Shown piece by piece: positions 51,243 through 63,699 of a DNA stretch of 64,000 nucleotides (positions are counted from its first letter, which is position 1; every line of letters starts with the position of its first letter). The notes under the pieces are model-generated. The model was not told where the DNA came from and ran no database searches. It saw only the letters and a program-made list of their open reading frames with translations. The stretch is from Camelus ferus (lineage: Eukaryota). Location: contig NC_045696.1 in the NCBI RefSeq assembly GCF_009834535.1, positions 86,554,001 through 86,618,000 of the forward strand, given 5' to 3'. Made by a program: the position numbers and the translations under genes.

Positions 51243-52090
51243 ATTATTTGAATAGGTATTTCTCCAAAGACGATATACTCATGGCCAATGAGCACACAGA
51301 AATACATTCAATATCATTAATCACTAGAGGAATGCAAATTAAAACCACAATGAGATATAACTTCATACACATTAGCATGGTTACAGTAAGAAAGATGAGC
51401 AATATCAAGTTTTGTTCAAAATAGGAAGAAATTGGAACACTCATACTTTGGTGGTGGGGATTTAAAATGGTACCAGCCATTCAAGGTAACAGTTTCAAGA
51501 TAAGCAATTTCTCAAATAGTTAACTCAAAGAGTTAACATAGAGTTGCTATATGCCCCAGAAATTCCACTCCTAGGTTACATACACAAGAGAGTTGAAATG
51601 TTATGTGAACACAAACACTTGTACATGAATTTTCAAAGCTGAATTTTTCGTAATAGCTGAAAAATGGAAAAATGTGTCAAATGATGAATGAATAAACACA
51701 ATGTGGTATACCCCTACAATGTAACATTATTTAACCATACAAAGCAGTGAAATACTGATACATATTACAACAGGGATAAAGCTTTGAAAGAAGTGTAAAG
51801 AAGCCAACCACAAAAGGCCACATATTTTTTCAATTTTGTTTACATGAAATGTCCATGATAGGCAAATCTAGGGAGAAAGAAAGCAGGGTAGTGATTTTCA
51901 TAGGCTGGGGTGGAAGGAATGAGGAGTGACTGCTAACGGATGCAGAGTTTCTTTTTTGGGTGATAAAGATATTCTGAAATTATGTAATCATAATGATTAT
52001 ATGATTCTGTGACTTTACTAAAAACAATTAAAATTTATACTTTAAAATGGTGACTCTTATGGCCTGTGGATTATATCTCAATAAAAAATA
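51243..52090 (+). mobile_element. Old L1MB-like element, 3' piece
   Basis: [25 protein letters not shown]; 3' UTR ending ggattatatctcaataaaaaa. Confidence 0.88.
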
Positions 52091-53575
52091 AGCTGAAGTA
52101 GAAAATTAAAGTCAATTAATTTATTTTTACTTTTGAAATTTATGCCTCATTTTGTATCTCTGCATTTTAAAAATGAAGAGATGATATGTAAACTTACGTA
52201 AAAGAATAGGATAGAAGTTTTATAATTGAAAAAAATGGATGTAATCAAAAATTCTGTTTTAAAAATGAATCTGTATTTCTCACTATTTGTTTTTCTCTAA
52301 GAAATTCTTTAAACTCTCTGATTTGACCATCCAAGGTATGACACAATGCTTTACTCACAGGATGGCTATAAGCCCTGAAAATTCTGTCATGAGAAAGATC
52401 TCCTGAGGCGTGTTTTGTCTGACTGATTATAGTTGATATGAGTTCAAAGCTCATTTCAGCAGGTAAACATAGCATGCACAAAAATGATCAGATCAAGCTA
52501 GTTTTGCCATTCTTTGAGCCAAACCTTAAGCATTTCACAGGTTTCTTTTCTCTTCAAAAACCTCTGTACATCATTAAGGAGATTCATAGAAGTTTAGGCC
52601 CTGTCACCTGAATTCTTAAGGTCACAAGTAATTGGAGTTGGCCATCCCATCATCTTCTTTCCAGGCACAGTTCATCATGGTCTTTTCACACCACTCTGAT
52701 ACTAATTACTCCTAGCAGTCTCCTCTAAATGGAAACCACATCCTATGTTTATATGTGCTTCTGCTTTCCAGGGGATATTGGTTACATTCTCCCAAGAAAT
52801 TCTTCACCAAGCTCTTCCCTAGTAAATGGAACGCTAAAGTGAGATGTCTTAACTTAACAAACATGTAACCATACTATCAGCCTCTCTCGCAGACACTCAC
52901 TCTCTGTGGTCTCAGAGCCTCTTTTGGCCGTCCACTGGGAAGATCTCTCTTTCTCTTTCTTCCGCCCCACCACCTTGCTTCCATTCTATTCTTCAAAATT
53001 AAATACAGCTTAATAGAACAAATACATACACATGGCAAACATACCTAGTTGTTAAAAAATAAAGCAGAACAGTTCAAAAAATCATTCATTGAATATCAAG
53101 CATGTGGCATTGAGAATCTTCTTTTCTGCTGCTGAATCAGTATTGTAGCACTGCTTTTCAGCACTGATCCAGTTACTGATAATATTTCTTAATATTTACA
53201 CATGTAATTTATATTTCTGAATTATATACACATGTAAATACATATTACATGTTAATATATAAATTATATATATTTATGTAATTTGGTTTTGTCCTCAGAA
53301 GGCAGAAGACTTGAACACATTCTTTCAGTAACATTGAAAGTCATCTTAGGAAAGCTGAATGGTAGAAAATGAGAGTTGAAAAATACAACCTATTTCAAAA
53401 CTGAATTAATTACCTTAAAGGCACCTGCTGACTTTGAACCAAAAAATCTGAATTCTACTTTTTATACTTATAAACAACGGGAAAAAAAAACCTTTCAGTA
53501 AAATATTTTATTTTCAATTCCTGGATAGTTTACATGCCAAGTTAATCTACAAACAAAATTGCACTTTGATTTCAC

Positions 53576-53594
53576 AGAGAGAGAGAGAGAGAGA
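53576..53594. repeat. (GA)n microsatellite
   Basis: Read directly from the sequence. Confidence 0.85.
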
Positions 53595-54039
53595 ACTGAC
53601 TTATCCTGTAAACATTAAGAAGTGCCCAGAAAGTTGCACTGATCACTATCCACATTGTTACCTATGATAATAGATAATGGGTAGATAATTATGGTATAGT
53701 ATAAATTTATAGCCAATAATAAATATAGATTAATGTAATTATTAGACCACATGTACATATACCTGAATTAAACCTAGAGCTAATTCTTTAGAAAAACATT
53801 TAGGGATTTGTCAAATTGAAGATATTTTTAAGTAAATATATCTACAAAAATTATTTTACTTGGGTTGAGGAACATTAAATTTAAATTATTTTGAAAAGTT
53901 CACAACTTGAAAAGTAAATTTTAGACAGCAGTACATCTGCCATTCATACAAGGTAAGGGTTTGGACAATTCTAAGAGAATGAAATAAAGTTAGGTAAAGA
54001 TTGATTATAGCATGAGCAAGAATTAAAGTACAGGCAGGT

Positions 54040-54582
54040 TGTGGGAGCACATTCTTGGGTTAATAAGTTGTAGGGCTACAATGCAGAAAACTGCTGCTCA
54101 GTTGTCTTGCTGAAAACGGCAAGACAGGTCTTGCTTATCTTAGGTGTAGGTTATTAGCTGTAGCTGTTTCTGCTTCTTGGAAAACCATTAATTACTTTTT
54201 GCCCTTGCTGAAAACAGCAGGGCATTCATCGCTTATCTAGTTAGATCTTGATCTTTATGGGGTCTTTGTGCCTGCCTGGTTTCCATTGTCTACTGTATAC
54301 TCCCTAAACATTGTAAACTTCTCCCTAAACATATAGATTAAGACTAATGTTTCTGTTTTTCACAAAACTGCTGACCTGCATACCTGCATGTACACCATGC
54401 CCCTTACACATTCCTATGACGTGTTTTACCTTAATCGTTTGTTTGACTATTCTCAATAAATAGAGAGTTTTAAGGGGCTGGGGAACTGGAGTTGGTCTCT
54501 GGCTCCCTCTAACTCTCTTGGCTTGATAAAGTCTCGAGTAATTCATTCTTCCAAGGTGGGTCTTTGCTGGATAAAGCCCACA
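54040..54582 (+). mobile_element. Solo LTR, 543 bp, with 6-bp TSD (class II/ERVK-like)
   Basis: Perfect inverted termini TGTGGG...CCCACA; exact TSD GCAGGT at 54034-54039 and 54583-54588; AATAAA at ~54455-54460. Confidence 0.92.
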
Positions 54583-55689
54583 GCAGGTCAAGGTAAAAAT
54601 GACTGCTGATTATACATAAGCCTAACAGCATCTTAAGAATATAGACAAAATGTGTAAGGAAAGCAAGATTTAGTTCAAGAATGACTAATATTTTCAGCCT
54701 TGGGAGCAAAGCTAATGTCTGAGTTAAAGAGACAAATTGTTAGTGCAATTGTCAGCATAGTCATCCATCTGGAATTGTTTTTTCTTGTTGTTTTTCAGTT
54801 TTTCTATTTAAAAAAATCTCCCTTTGTTGAACAAAATGAAAAGTACATGCAATTAACATGAATATGCTTCCAGATTATTTTTTTGGCATTAGAATTGCAT
54901 TTGACATTTAAGCAAACCACCTAATTAGTCTCTGTCTATATTTATCACAATGTGAAGCAGATTTTAAAGATTTTATATTCCTGCTAACAAATTGGTAAAT
55001 TTTAATGTTTAAAATTAAAAGATTTTTTATAGTATACAATTCTTTGTAAAATATTTGAGTTAATGATTTAAAAATAACAATATCTGTAATATATTAAAGA
55101 CTAAATTAATGGGGCAGAGCTAACTTAAAGACCCATAGACTTAGAGTTTAAGAAATGGTTATGTTTTAAGCCCCAAATATAAATAGTTGGTGAAAAGCTG
55201 TTTGATTTTTCAATATGTTGTGCCTACTTTACATAATAGTACATGATTCAACTCTGTTTAGTCTCATGTCTTATGTAATAGCATACAACACACCTCTAGA
55301 TACACAAGAGATTTAAATGCAGAAACCTCTCCATTACGAAGCTTTGTAATATGAAATTGTAAAGTGGAAATTCTTACTCCTCTATGATGCTTACCAATTT
55401 AAAAAACACTTAATTGAAATGTATGCAGATTTTGTGTCATTCTTGTTTCAGTTCAATCCAAAAAGGGGTTTGGAAGTTAGGAAAAAGGACTGGAAAGTGA
55501 AAACCTGAGCTAGGTAAGAAGTTTTTATAGGTTAGCCTCTAAAGAATAAAAGAAAATTGATATATAATAAACAAAAGCCTTAAAATCCCCCACTGTGAAG
55601 AGTTTGTAAGCTAGGTGGAAGAGCCCAATGAGACTTTCTGCTAGGAGCTAGTTTCTAACGTGAGGGGGAATTAATGCTATTTGATTCTG

Positions 55690-57790
55690 TGCTTTGAGAG
55701 GGGAAAGCAAGAAATATGTATCCAGCAATGTACAAGGACTAAACCTTAAAAAAAAAAAAGTATTTTAGAAGCTCTGCATCCCAAGATGGAGTGCAGAATG
55801 TGACAAATTTATGAAAAAATTTCACTGAAGAGGGTGGGGAAACACTGAAGAGGGTGCTAAGCTGTAATTTTGGAAATGAGTAGAATCTCTTAAGACCAAA
55901 AATAAAAGAAACTATATTCTCTACTACAATTGATAATGTTGTTTCACACAGGAATACAAGTTAAAAATTCAGAAATCATTATATATGTCTACTGGAATTG
56001 AACAATAATGTAAATGGATGGCAGATGGTGGAAGCCAGTTTTCTCATTATTAAAGTGTCGACTGAAATAAATGCACAGCCTAAAAGTTGAGAGTTACGTT
56101 TTATTTGGCGGGAGGACTTGAGCCAGGATGACAGCCCCTCAGATTGCTCTGAGGGACTGCTCCGAATAGGTAGGGGAGGAGCAGGTAGTTGGAACAATAA
56201 AAGATTGCTTGTTATCTAAAGAAAACCAGGCATCTCAAGTTAAAGAATTTAGTGCTTTTCTATGTATGGGAGGAAGCAAACATTTGGGCTCACTGAATTC
56301 ATTCCTTTGACAAGCACCTAGTCATCTAGGGCCAGTATCCTGTCATTTCTTATTCTGAGTCCCCTCAGAGGGCACCACTGTGAGTGCCTGCAGAGGCTGG
56401 GCTGCAGGCCTGTCCTCACTGAGGTGGGTGGCAGCAGCTGCTGATGACTTGGTTTCAACATTCTTGTTCACTGATATGGTTGTAGTATTTTCGTTCACAA
56501 AAGTGAGAAGTTATAGACTGGCAAATGGAAGAGGCTAGAATTATCCATGTGATAATGGACTAGAGTTGGAGATATCAGTATGTTTACCATAATATAAATA
56601 GAGCTGGTAACATATAGGGATATTTATAGGTATGTGTATATACATGGGTTGGTATACACACATGTATTTTCTTTTGTCACTTCAGAGAGCCCAGAAGCAC
56701 AGTATTAAAGAGCACACACATCACCCAAACATTCCCACTTTCCCAATAAAACGAATCAGGTCTCCTTGGTAAAACAGCTGACTCCATGTTTGGGCAAGAG
56801 ATATAAACAATGAGACTGGAGTATTTCTTGTGCAGGAAAGTAAAGTCTTCAAACAACAACAACAATGCAAAGCAACAAACCAAAACATCTAAAACCAAAA
56901 AAATAAAAAAACCTCACAGTGATGGATATATATCAAAAGGACACAAGAGTCAACTGAAAAACTCCCAGTGCAAGCAACAAAATGAATAAAGTCATGTTTG
57001 ATTATAATCCAAAATCTAAAATAAACTTCCATTAGCCCATATTAATATGAATGAATATTTGCATAAATGAATAAATGGGGGTAATTAGAAAAAGTAACTG
57101 TGCAGAAGAGTTTCTGCAAACAGTTTCTGTAGATTCTCTAACATCAGAGGTGGAGCATCTATGCTCAAGTGTGGCCTGCACATGGTGACATCCTTCCAAA
57201 GAGTTCAGTATGGAAAGAATGAAAAGAGTAACTTTACAGTACCAAAACCAAAAAATACCACCTCAGCTAGGTGACCAAGTTTAACATCAGCAGTAATCAC
57301 TTTGATAATATATATCCTTAGTATAATATGATGAGGGATGCAGTAGACTCCTGTGGTCTTCCAGCCCATACATACACTCAATCTAATGTTGGCAAAGCAT
57401 CAGACAAATCTCACTTGAGGTACATTGTACAAAATACTTGGGTAGTACTCCTCAAAACTGCCAAGGTCATCAATAACAAGGAATTCCTGAGAAACTGCCA
57501 AAGTCTGAAAGAGCCTAAGGAAATGTGATGACTAAATGTTTAATGTGGTATATTGGATGAAATACTGGAAAGGAAAAATAAAAATTAAGGGCATTTGAAT
57601 ACAGTATGAATTTTGATTAAGTACAATATATCAATATTGGCTCATTCATTGTGAGAAATATATTTTACCACTGTATGATGTTAAAAATGTGGGGAAACTA
57701 GGTCTGGGATATGAGGAAACTCTCTGTATTATCTTCTCTGTATTATAATTTTCATATAAATCTAAAACAATTCTAAAAGAAAAAGAATTA
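55690..57790 (+). mobile_element. L1MC3-like 3' UTR, split by an LTR
   Basis: gtggaagccagttttctcattat|gagaagttatagac...ataatggactagagttggagatatcag; actcctcaaaactgccaaggtcatcaa; ends aaatctaaaacaattctaaaa. Confidence 0.78.
56056..56499 (-). mobile_element. Solo LTR, 444 bp, ERV1 class (MER41-like), with 4-bp TSD
   Basis: TG...CA termini; TSD AAAG at 56052-56055 and 56500-56503; minus-strand AATAAA at ~56101-56106; cctcagattgctctgagggactgctcc motif. Confidence 0.88.
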
Positions 57791-57942
57791 AATATATTAG
57801 AGACAGGTGGAGATAGAAAAGAATGCTACTTATGTTTCCCAACAACATAAATATTATATCTGAGAAACAATTATTAGGCAAAGCAAGTCTAGCTATCTCA
57901 TTTCTTACCTTTCATATCACCTCGATACTGTGCATGAACACA

Positions 57943-57946
<4 letters not shown>

Positions 57947-57977
<31 letters not shown>
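57947..57977. repeat. (CA)n microsatellite
   Basis: Read directly from the sequence. Confidence 0.95.
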
Positions 57978-57978
<1 letters not shown>

Positions 57979-58041
57979 AGTTTCTGTTGTAAGGGACATG
58001 GTAACTCTAAAATATTCATGACACCAGTCACTTGACATTGA

Positions 58042-58650
58042 ATTAAAACTGATACATGCACCCCAATGTTCACAGCAGCACTATATACAATAGCCAAGAC
58101 ATGGAAGCAACCTAAATGTCCATCAACAGATGACTGGATAAAGAAGTTGTGGTATATTTATATGATGGAATACTACTCAGCCATAAAAAAGAATAAAATA
58201 ATGCAATTCGCAGTAATATAGATGGACCTAGAGATCATCATTCTAAGTGAAGTAAGCCAGAAAGAGAAAGAAAAATATATGATATCACTCATATGTGGAA
58301 TCTAAAAAAAAAAAAAAAAGAAAAAAAAAGGTACACTATAACTCACTTACAAAATAGAAACGGATTCACAGACATAGTAAACAACATTATGGTTACTGGG
58401 AGAAAAGGGATAGGAAAGGATAAATTTGGGAGTTTGAGATTTGCAACAGTTAGCCACTATTTATAAATAGATTAAAAAAATTTCTTTGTAGTATAGGGAT
58501 CTATATCCAATGTCTTGTAATAATCTTTAATGCAAAAGAATATGAAAACAAATATATGTATGTTCCTGTATGACTGAAGTATTGTGCTGTACATCAGAAA
58601 TTGACACATTGTGACTGACTGTATTTCAAATTTAAAATTTTAAAAAAAAA
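58042..58650 (+). mobile_element. 5'-truncated lineage L1 (ORF2 end and 3' UTR)
   Basis: catgcaccccaatgttcacagcagcac...aagtgaagtaagccagaaagagaaag...cagaaattgacacattgtgactgactg, then an A-rich tail. Confidence 0.92.
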
Positions 58651-60869
58651 CAAAATAGGAAGAATTTGCTTAAAAAAAAAAACACCTCATCTCTCTAACA
58701 TCAAAAACAAAACAATACAAAAGACCAAAAAAGTGCTTTATAAGCAAGATGATATCCTTTTGGATAACTCTCTGCACTATTTTTTTAAGTAAATCTGGAA
58801 GTTTTTTCCTCCTAGAATGATGCCTACTTTGTGTGTTTACTTTGAGAATAATTCTAGGAAGAGATAAAGGAAAATTGTGGGTATTATATTCTATAAAGTT
58901 AAAGAAATCACACAATGGAATAACTAAGAAGTAAAAGCTGAGTTTAGGTAAGGATGAGGGCTTAGTGGATCACATCTGCATAGCAAAGAATGGGAGTCAC
59001 ATGGGATTATGGTAGATTCTAAGTCAAGTAGGAGATAAGTTTATACATGGAACAATATGAAAATCACGGAAATTTCTTGTTATTGGTATCACAGTCTTCT
59101 GCTTATAATGCTCAAATGGATATGGAGAGTATTTTCCACACTTCAAGTGCTTATTTCTTCTTGTAGGAAAAAAAGTTCTTTGTATCTGGTGATGTTCTTT
59201 TCCACCTGTCTGATTAGCCAATTCAGTACCCATGAACAATGTAGAGATTATCTCAGGCAAATCTAAACCCACAATGTATTTTTAAAGCATGTCAAACCTA
59301 CTTACCAATAACTCATATTTTTTGCTGCCCCCAAAAACTTCTTTCCAAAGATGACCAGGTAAGTCACATAGTAAAATACCAATAAGTATATTCTAGCCAG
59401 GTAAATGACTACTTCTTTCCCTGGAGAAAAAATTCCTCTTAATCTTCCTATTAATGTAAATTTCTTTTCCAAAAACCTTAATTTATCTGGTTTACAGTAT
59501 AATTTATATTTGAAAACCATTATAACCTAATGGTAATACAGGGCTAGGTAAATTCAACAACCATAAATGAAAGTTTTTTCTCTGTATTTTAAAGATTTCG
59601 ACTATTTAATCTTATTTTTACTTTTCTAAACAAGTTCATGACCTCACATTAATGACTAGTGAGTGTGCATGGGACAAATTTTAACAGAGGTCCTTTTTTA
59701 TTTCAGTAATTAAAGTCATTTAAAAGTTTTAATTAGAAAGTACACTTTATGGCCAGTAACAGAGAAAGGAAAATGTCACTTCAAGAATTTTTTTCTACAG
59801 TGTTCCTACTGTGTCAGAAAATTACAGTATGCCCATCTTTTAATTTAGCTCAGTAATAATGGATTTCCACCTACACATATAATGTTTTCTCTATTTTTTT
59901 TTTTAAAGCGTGATGCTTCAGTGGAAATATGTGATATGCTGCTGTGATAGTGTTTTGCTATAAAGTAGTATTAAATTGGTATAGAGAAGCCCAGGAAATG
60001 TTAGAACAGGAGGAGGCCAGGAAACTGTCTGCAGTTCTATTGTAGTTAAGGTAGAGTCGCAATTGTATGGTGTCCGAGTTTGTCTTTTAACTGCAGAATT
60101 GCCTAATTACTTTTTGAGATCTGTTTACTCTGGTCTTTCTTACTGTCTGGGTAATTTAGTTTTCTATTAACTACTTGGGGAAGTAACTTGCTGCTTTTTT
60201 TTTTTTTTTTCCAAATCTGTTGTTTCTTAAATTTCAGATTCTTAATTCTTCTTTACAGCATCTTAAAAATAATGCCTAATAAATTTATATATTGAAAAAC
60301 AGAGCGTGAGGGAGAGGGAGAGGGAGAGAGAGAACCTAGAAACATATGAAAAGTGTTCTACCGCTTGTGGAGCCAAAAAATGCAAAGTTGAAATAGTATT
60401 CTCAATAGTATTCTCATTGTCTTTACCTGCCTACCTAGCAATCGGAGAAAGACATTAAACCCCCAAAACACTGAGTGTTAAAGAGGTTCCAAAGTAATGA
60501 GCATTCTTAAATATTTTATATAAGAATGTATTTGAATATATTTACGTAAGAATGTACCCTTTGTGAAGGCCTTTGGACAAAAATGTAAACCATTTTAAAT
60601 TGTGCAAATCCTTTGAAATAGCAAATTTCCTTCTATTAATCTATTGCGAGCAAAGACCCATAGATATGTTCAAAATTTTAACTGAACAGCTAAGTGTAAG
60701 AAATACCTTAATGTTTAAAATATTAAGTGATAAGGATGGGATCAAAATATTAAAATGACATAGAATATATTCGATGATATGACAATATCTATAGTTTAAG
60801 AGAAATGTGTTCTGTTAAACAGCATGTATGTCATACTCCCCTTTTCAGTTCAAAGAAGTTTGTGTGTGT

Positions 60870-62065
60870 GTGTTTGCTATTTAGAATCGTATCACTGCTC
60901 CCTGTCTCCACTGTTATGTCCCTGGTCTGAGCCATCATCTACCCTCTACCTCCTAAATCTCCCCTTCTTGCATCCCAACTCCTCTCCAATCCATTCATAA
61001 CACAGTTCTCAAGAGTAAGCCATTCAAACTAAAACCCAGATGATCTCATTTCTTTTCTCAAAATCTTACAGCGACTTTCCATTTATGCACAGTGTTAGGT
61101 AGTTAGATAAGTGGGGGCACCAGGCAGACGGGTGGAGGAGAGGGAGGATGGTCTGGAAGATGGCATTATTCCTGCCTCCAGAATAAAGAGACCGTACTTC
61201 TAAATCAGTGCCAGCAAGAAACCGGTTAGAACCTGATAGCCACAACTGCTCGGCAGCGGGGAAAAAACTTAACTGGGCATGACCCAATGCTCATTGTAAT
61301 ATAATTAACCTTGTGGTTTAGGTCCCCCACAGGTTTTTCTGTGTACAGCATGGGTAAAGACATGAGCAAAGGAAACAAACATGACTAAGCATTCCAGGGA
61401 CAAGAGCCACCAGTCAATCAAAAGACTACCTCTAAGTGAGCGTGTAAGAGGAAGGGCAAAACAAAGACCACTGCTCTTTCCTCCCTTGGATCAGTCCGTC
61501 TCCTGTTCTTGGAGGTCTACTTTTCTTTTCCTAAATAAATCCTTTAAAATCTTTTGCTAAACTACACACTCCATCTCCCATCTGTAATCCCATCTTTCAG
61601 GTATGATAAGAACTGAGGTCTTTTCCATTTCCCTTTTAGGTAATGAGTAGGACCTGAAGTTGTCATAATTGCCTAAGATGTCCTACCTGATCTACTTGTC
61701 AATTATCCCCTCTCCTGTGTCATCTTCTACTCTTTTCCTTTTCACTCATTCCTCTCAAGTCACATGGGTCTCCTTTAAGTCTCTGCTCAAATCTCACTTT
61801 CTCAGTAAAATGTATCCTCACTGCTATTTAATACTGCCACTGCCTCTCACCCCTGACAGGGCTACCAAGTCCTCTTTTCTGGCTTCCTTCCACTTATATC
61901 CTTCCAATGTATTCTGTATTTACTTGCTTATTCTTTACTATTTGTCACTCTGCTAAAATGTAACTCCACAAAGGAGAGATCTTTATTTTGTTTACTGTTG
62001 TATCCCAAGCAACCAGAGAGTGCCTATTCCATTGGAGACATTCAACAAGTATTTGTTGAATGAGT
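60870..62065 (+). mobile_element. L2a-like 3' region, split by an LTR
   Basis: ccctggtctgagccatcatct...tctccaatccattc; ctctgctcaaatctcactttctcag; ends aacaagtatttgttgaatgagt. Confidence 0.8.
61093..61645 (+). mobile_element. ERV1-class solo LTR (LTR19-like start); 3' boundary approximate
   Basis: Starts tgttaggtagttagata; AATAAA at ~61535; ends ...ttttaggtaa; interrupts L2; no clean TSD. Confidence 0.75.
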
Positions 62066-63699
62066 GTGTACATGATGTGCATACATAAGAGTCAGTGTTT
62101 TAACCAAAATGATATTAGACAAATGTGGTTGTCTCAAGGTGACAAACTTACAGGATTTTGTAGTTGTTTTGCAGTGGTATTTCCAAAAACTACACTATTA
62201 GCATAAAATTTTTATTTTAAACCTAATAAATATTTAGTTCCAGGAAGGAAGGAAGGAAGGAAGAAATGTGCTGTTTACATTTTTTTCAATACTGGTATAA
62301 ATTCAACCTCATATTTGATCATTTTGTTTTTAATTTTCTTTCTAAAATTTGAGTATTTGTAAAACAATAATTAAGTAGGAAATTATAACCCTTCAAAATA
62401 TCTAAACAGGGTCATGTCAAAAGATCATATGTGATTCCTCTTTTGTTACTACGTTTTAGAGGGATATTCATTATAGTTTCCCTTTACCCATATAATTTGC
62501 CTAATTACCTTTTTTCTCATTATGCTTTAATACTATCACTGCATCCTTAGTGATTCTGTAATAAACTGTCTACTGTATCCCCAGATAAAACTCTCTGGAC
62601 CAAGGTTTTTCAAAATTACAAACAAGATATCATAGTTCAAGCTAATTAAAAACATGGTTTAATGTTGTAGACACCTTCAAAATTCTTAATAAAAAAATTT
62701 AACTTTAAGTGGATTGCTTTCATAACATTTTTTGATTAGCCTTTTATTTTCTCTAAAGCATTGAGAATGTGTGAATATGTATTAAGTCTATGGGGAGATA
62801 TCAGTTGAAGCTAATACTGCACATAATCTTACATATATAAACAACTTCAAAACATGCGTATTTAATGTATAAGGCAATATTGATTGCAAATGCTTTCAAA
62901 ATTATATTTTGCCATTCAACCATGAAATCTGATTGAAAAATGTGATAGTCTTTACTTTCTACTACTATAAATGACTAAATTTATAGTAATAGGCCATATT
63001 TGAAAAGAGAAATTGTTAACTATTGGGGTGTATACGAGAAGGAGGTTAAAGACCTATGTTATAATAAAAATTAGCATAAATGAGAAGCACAACAGAGATA
63101 CTCATAACCCCCTCTACCTGCTTCCTCTCATCTCACAAGTTACAAAGAAATAGAAGAAATAGATGGAGCAAATGTGTTAACGACCACTGAACCGAAACTT
63201 TCTTTTTTCATTTGCACTAGGCTGCTTACATTTTCTTTACATAAGATCCTACTTTTTATCAAATGTGCTTTTAAATGAAATTCTCTATTTTTACTCTTAA
63301 TATAATTCATTAACACGATCAATCTCTTCACCATAAACATGATCACATTTCTTTCATTATTGCCTTAGGATAAAGGATAATATTTAGAGGTGACACTTCT
63401 TTTTTAAAAGAATCCACACATTTTCTTCTTCATGCATAATAGCATCATGCCTCCTAGGGAACATTTTATTAATTTACAATCCTACCAATAGTACATCAGA
63501 TGGCTGGGATCCTTGAAAATAGTCATTGGATAGTTTTAAATATTTTCTAAATACGTTTACCATGTATTTATACCTTTATTAGTAAATGTGACCATATTTT
63601 CATATATTTAATGCACATTTATATTTATTTTGTCTCACAGCACTTTTCAGTTTTTATCATGGGAGTTACCTGATCTTAGTGACATCTTCAGTAAGTTAT

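Noticed and set aside
52245..52481. 78-aa minus-strand ORF and nearby splice-like sites on both strands
   Set aside because: The plus-strand candidate exon is closed in all three frames; the minus-strand ORF has no recognisable homology or clear acceptor
55823..55856. 14-bp direct repeat cactgaagagggtg (similar small duplications at ~45103-45147 and ~57721-57747)
   Set aside because: Local slippage duplications inside old L1 sequence, not an array
63140..63346. 68-aa minus-strand ORF
   Set aside because: No homology, splice context or compositional support
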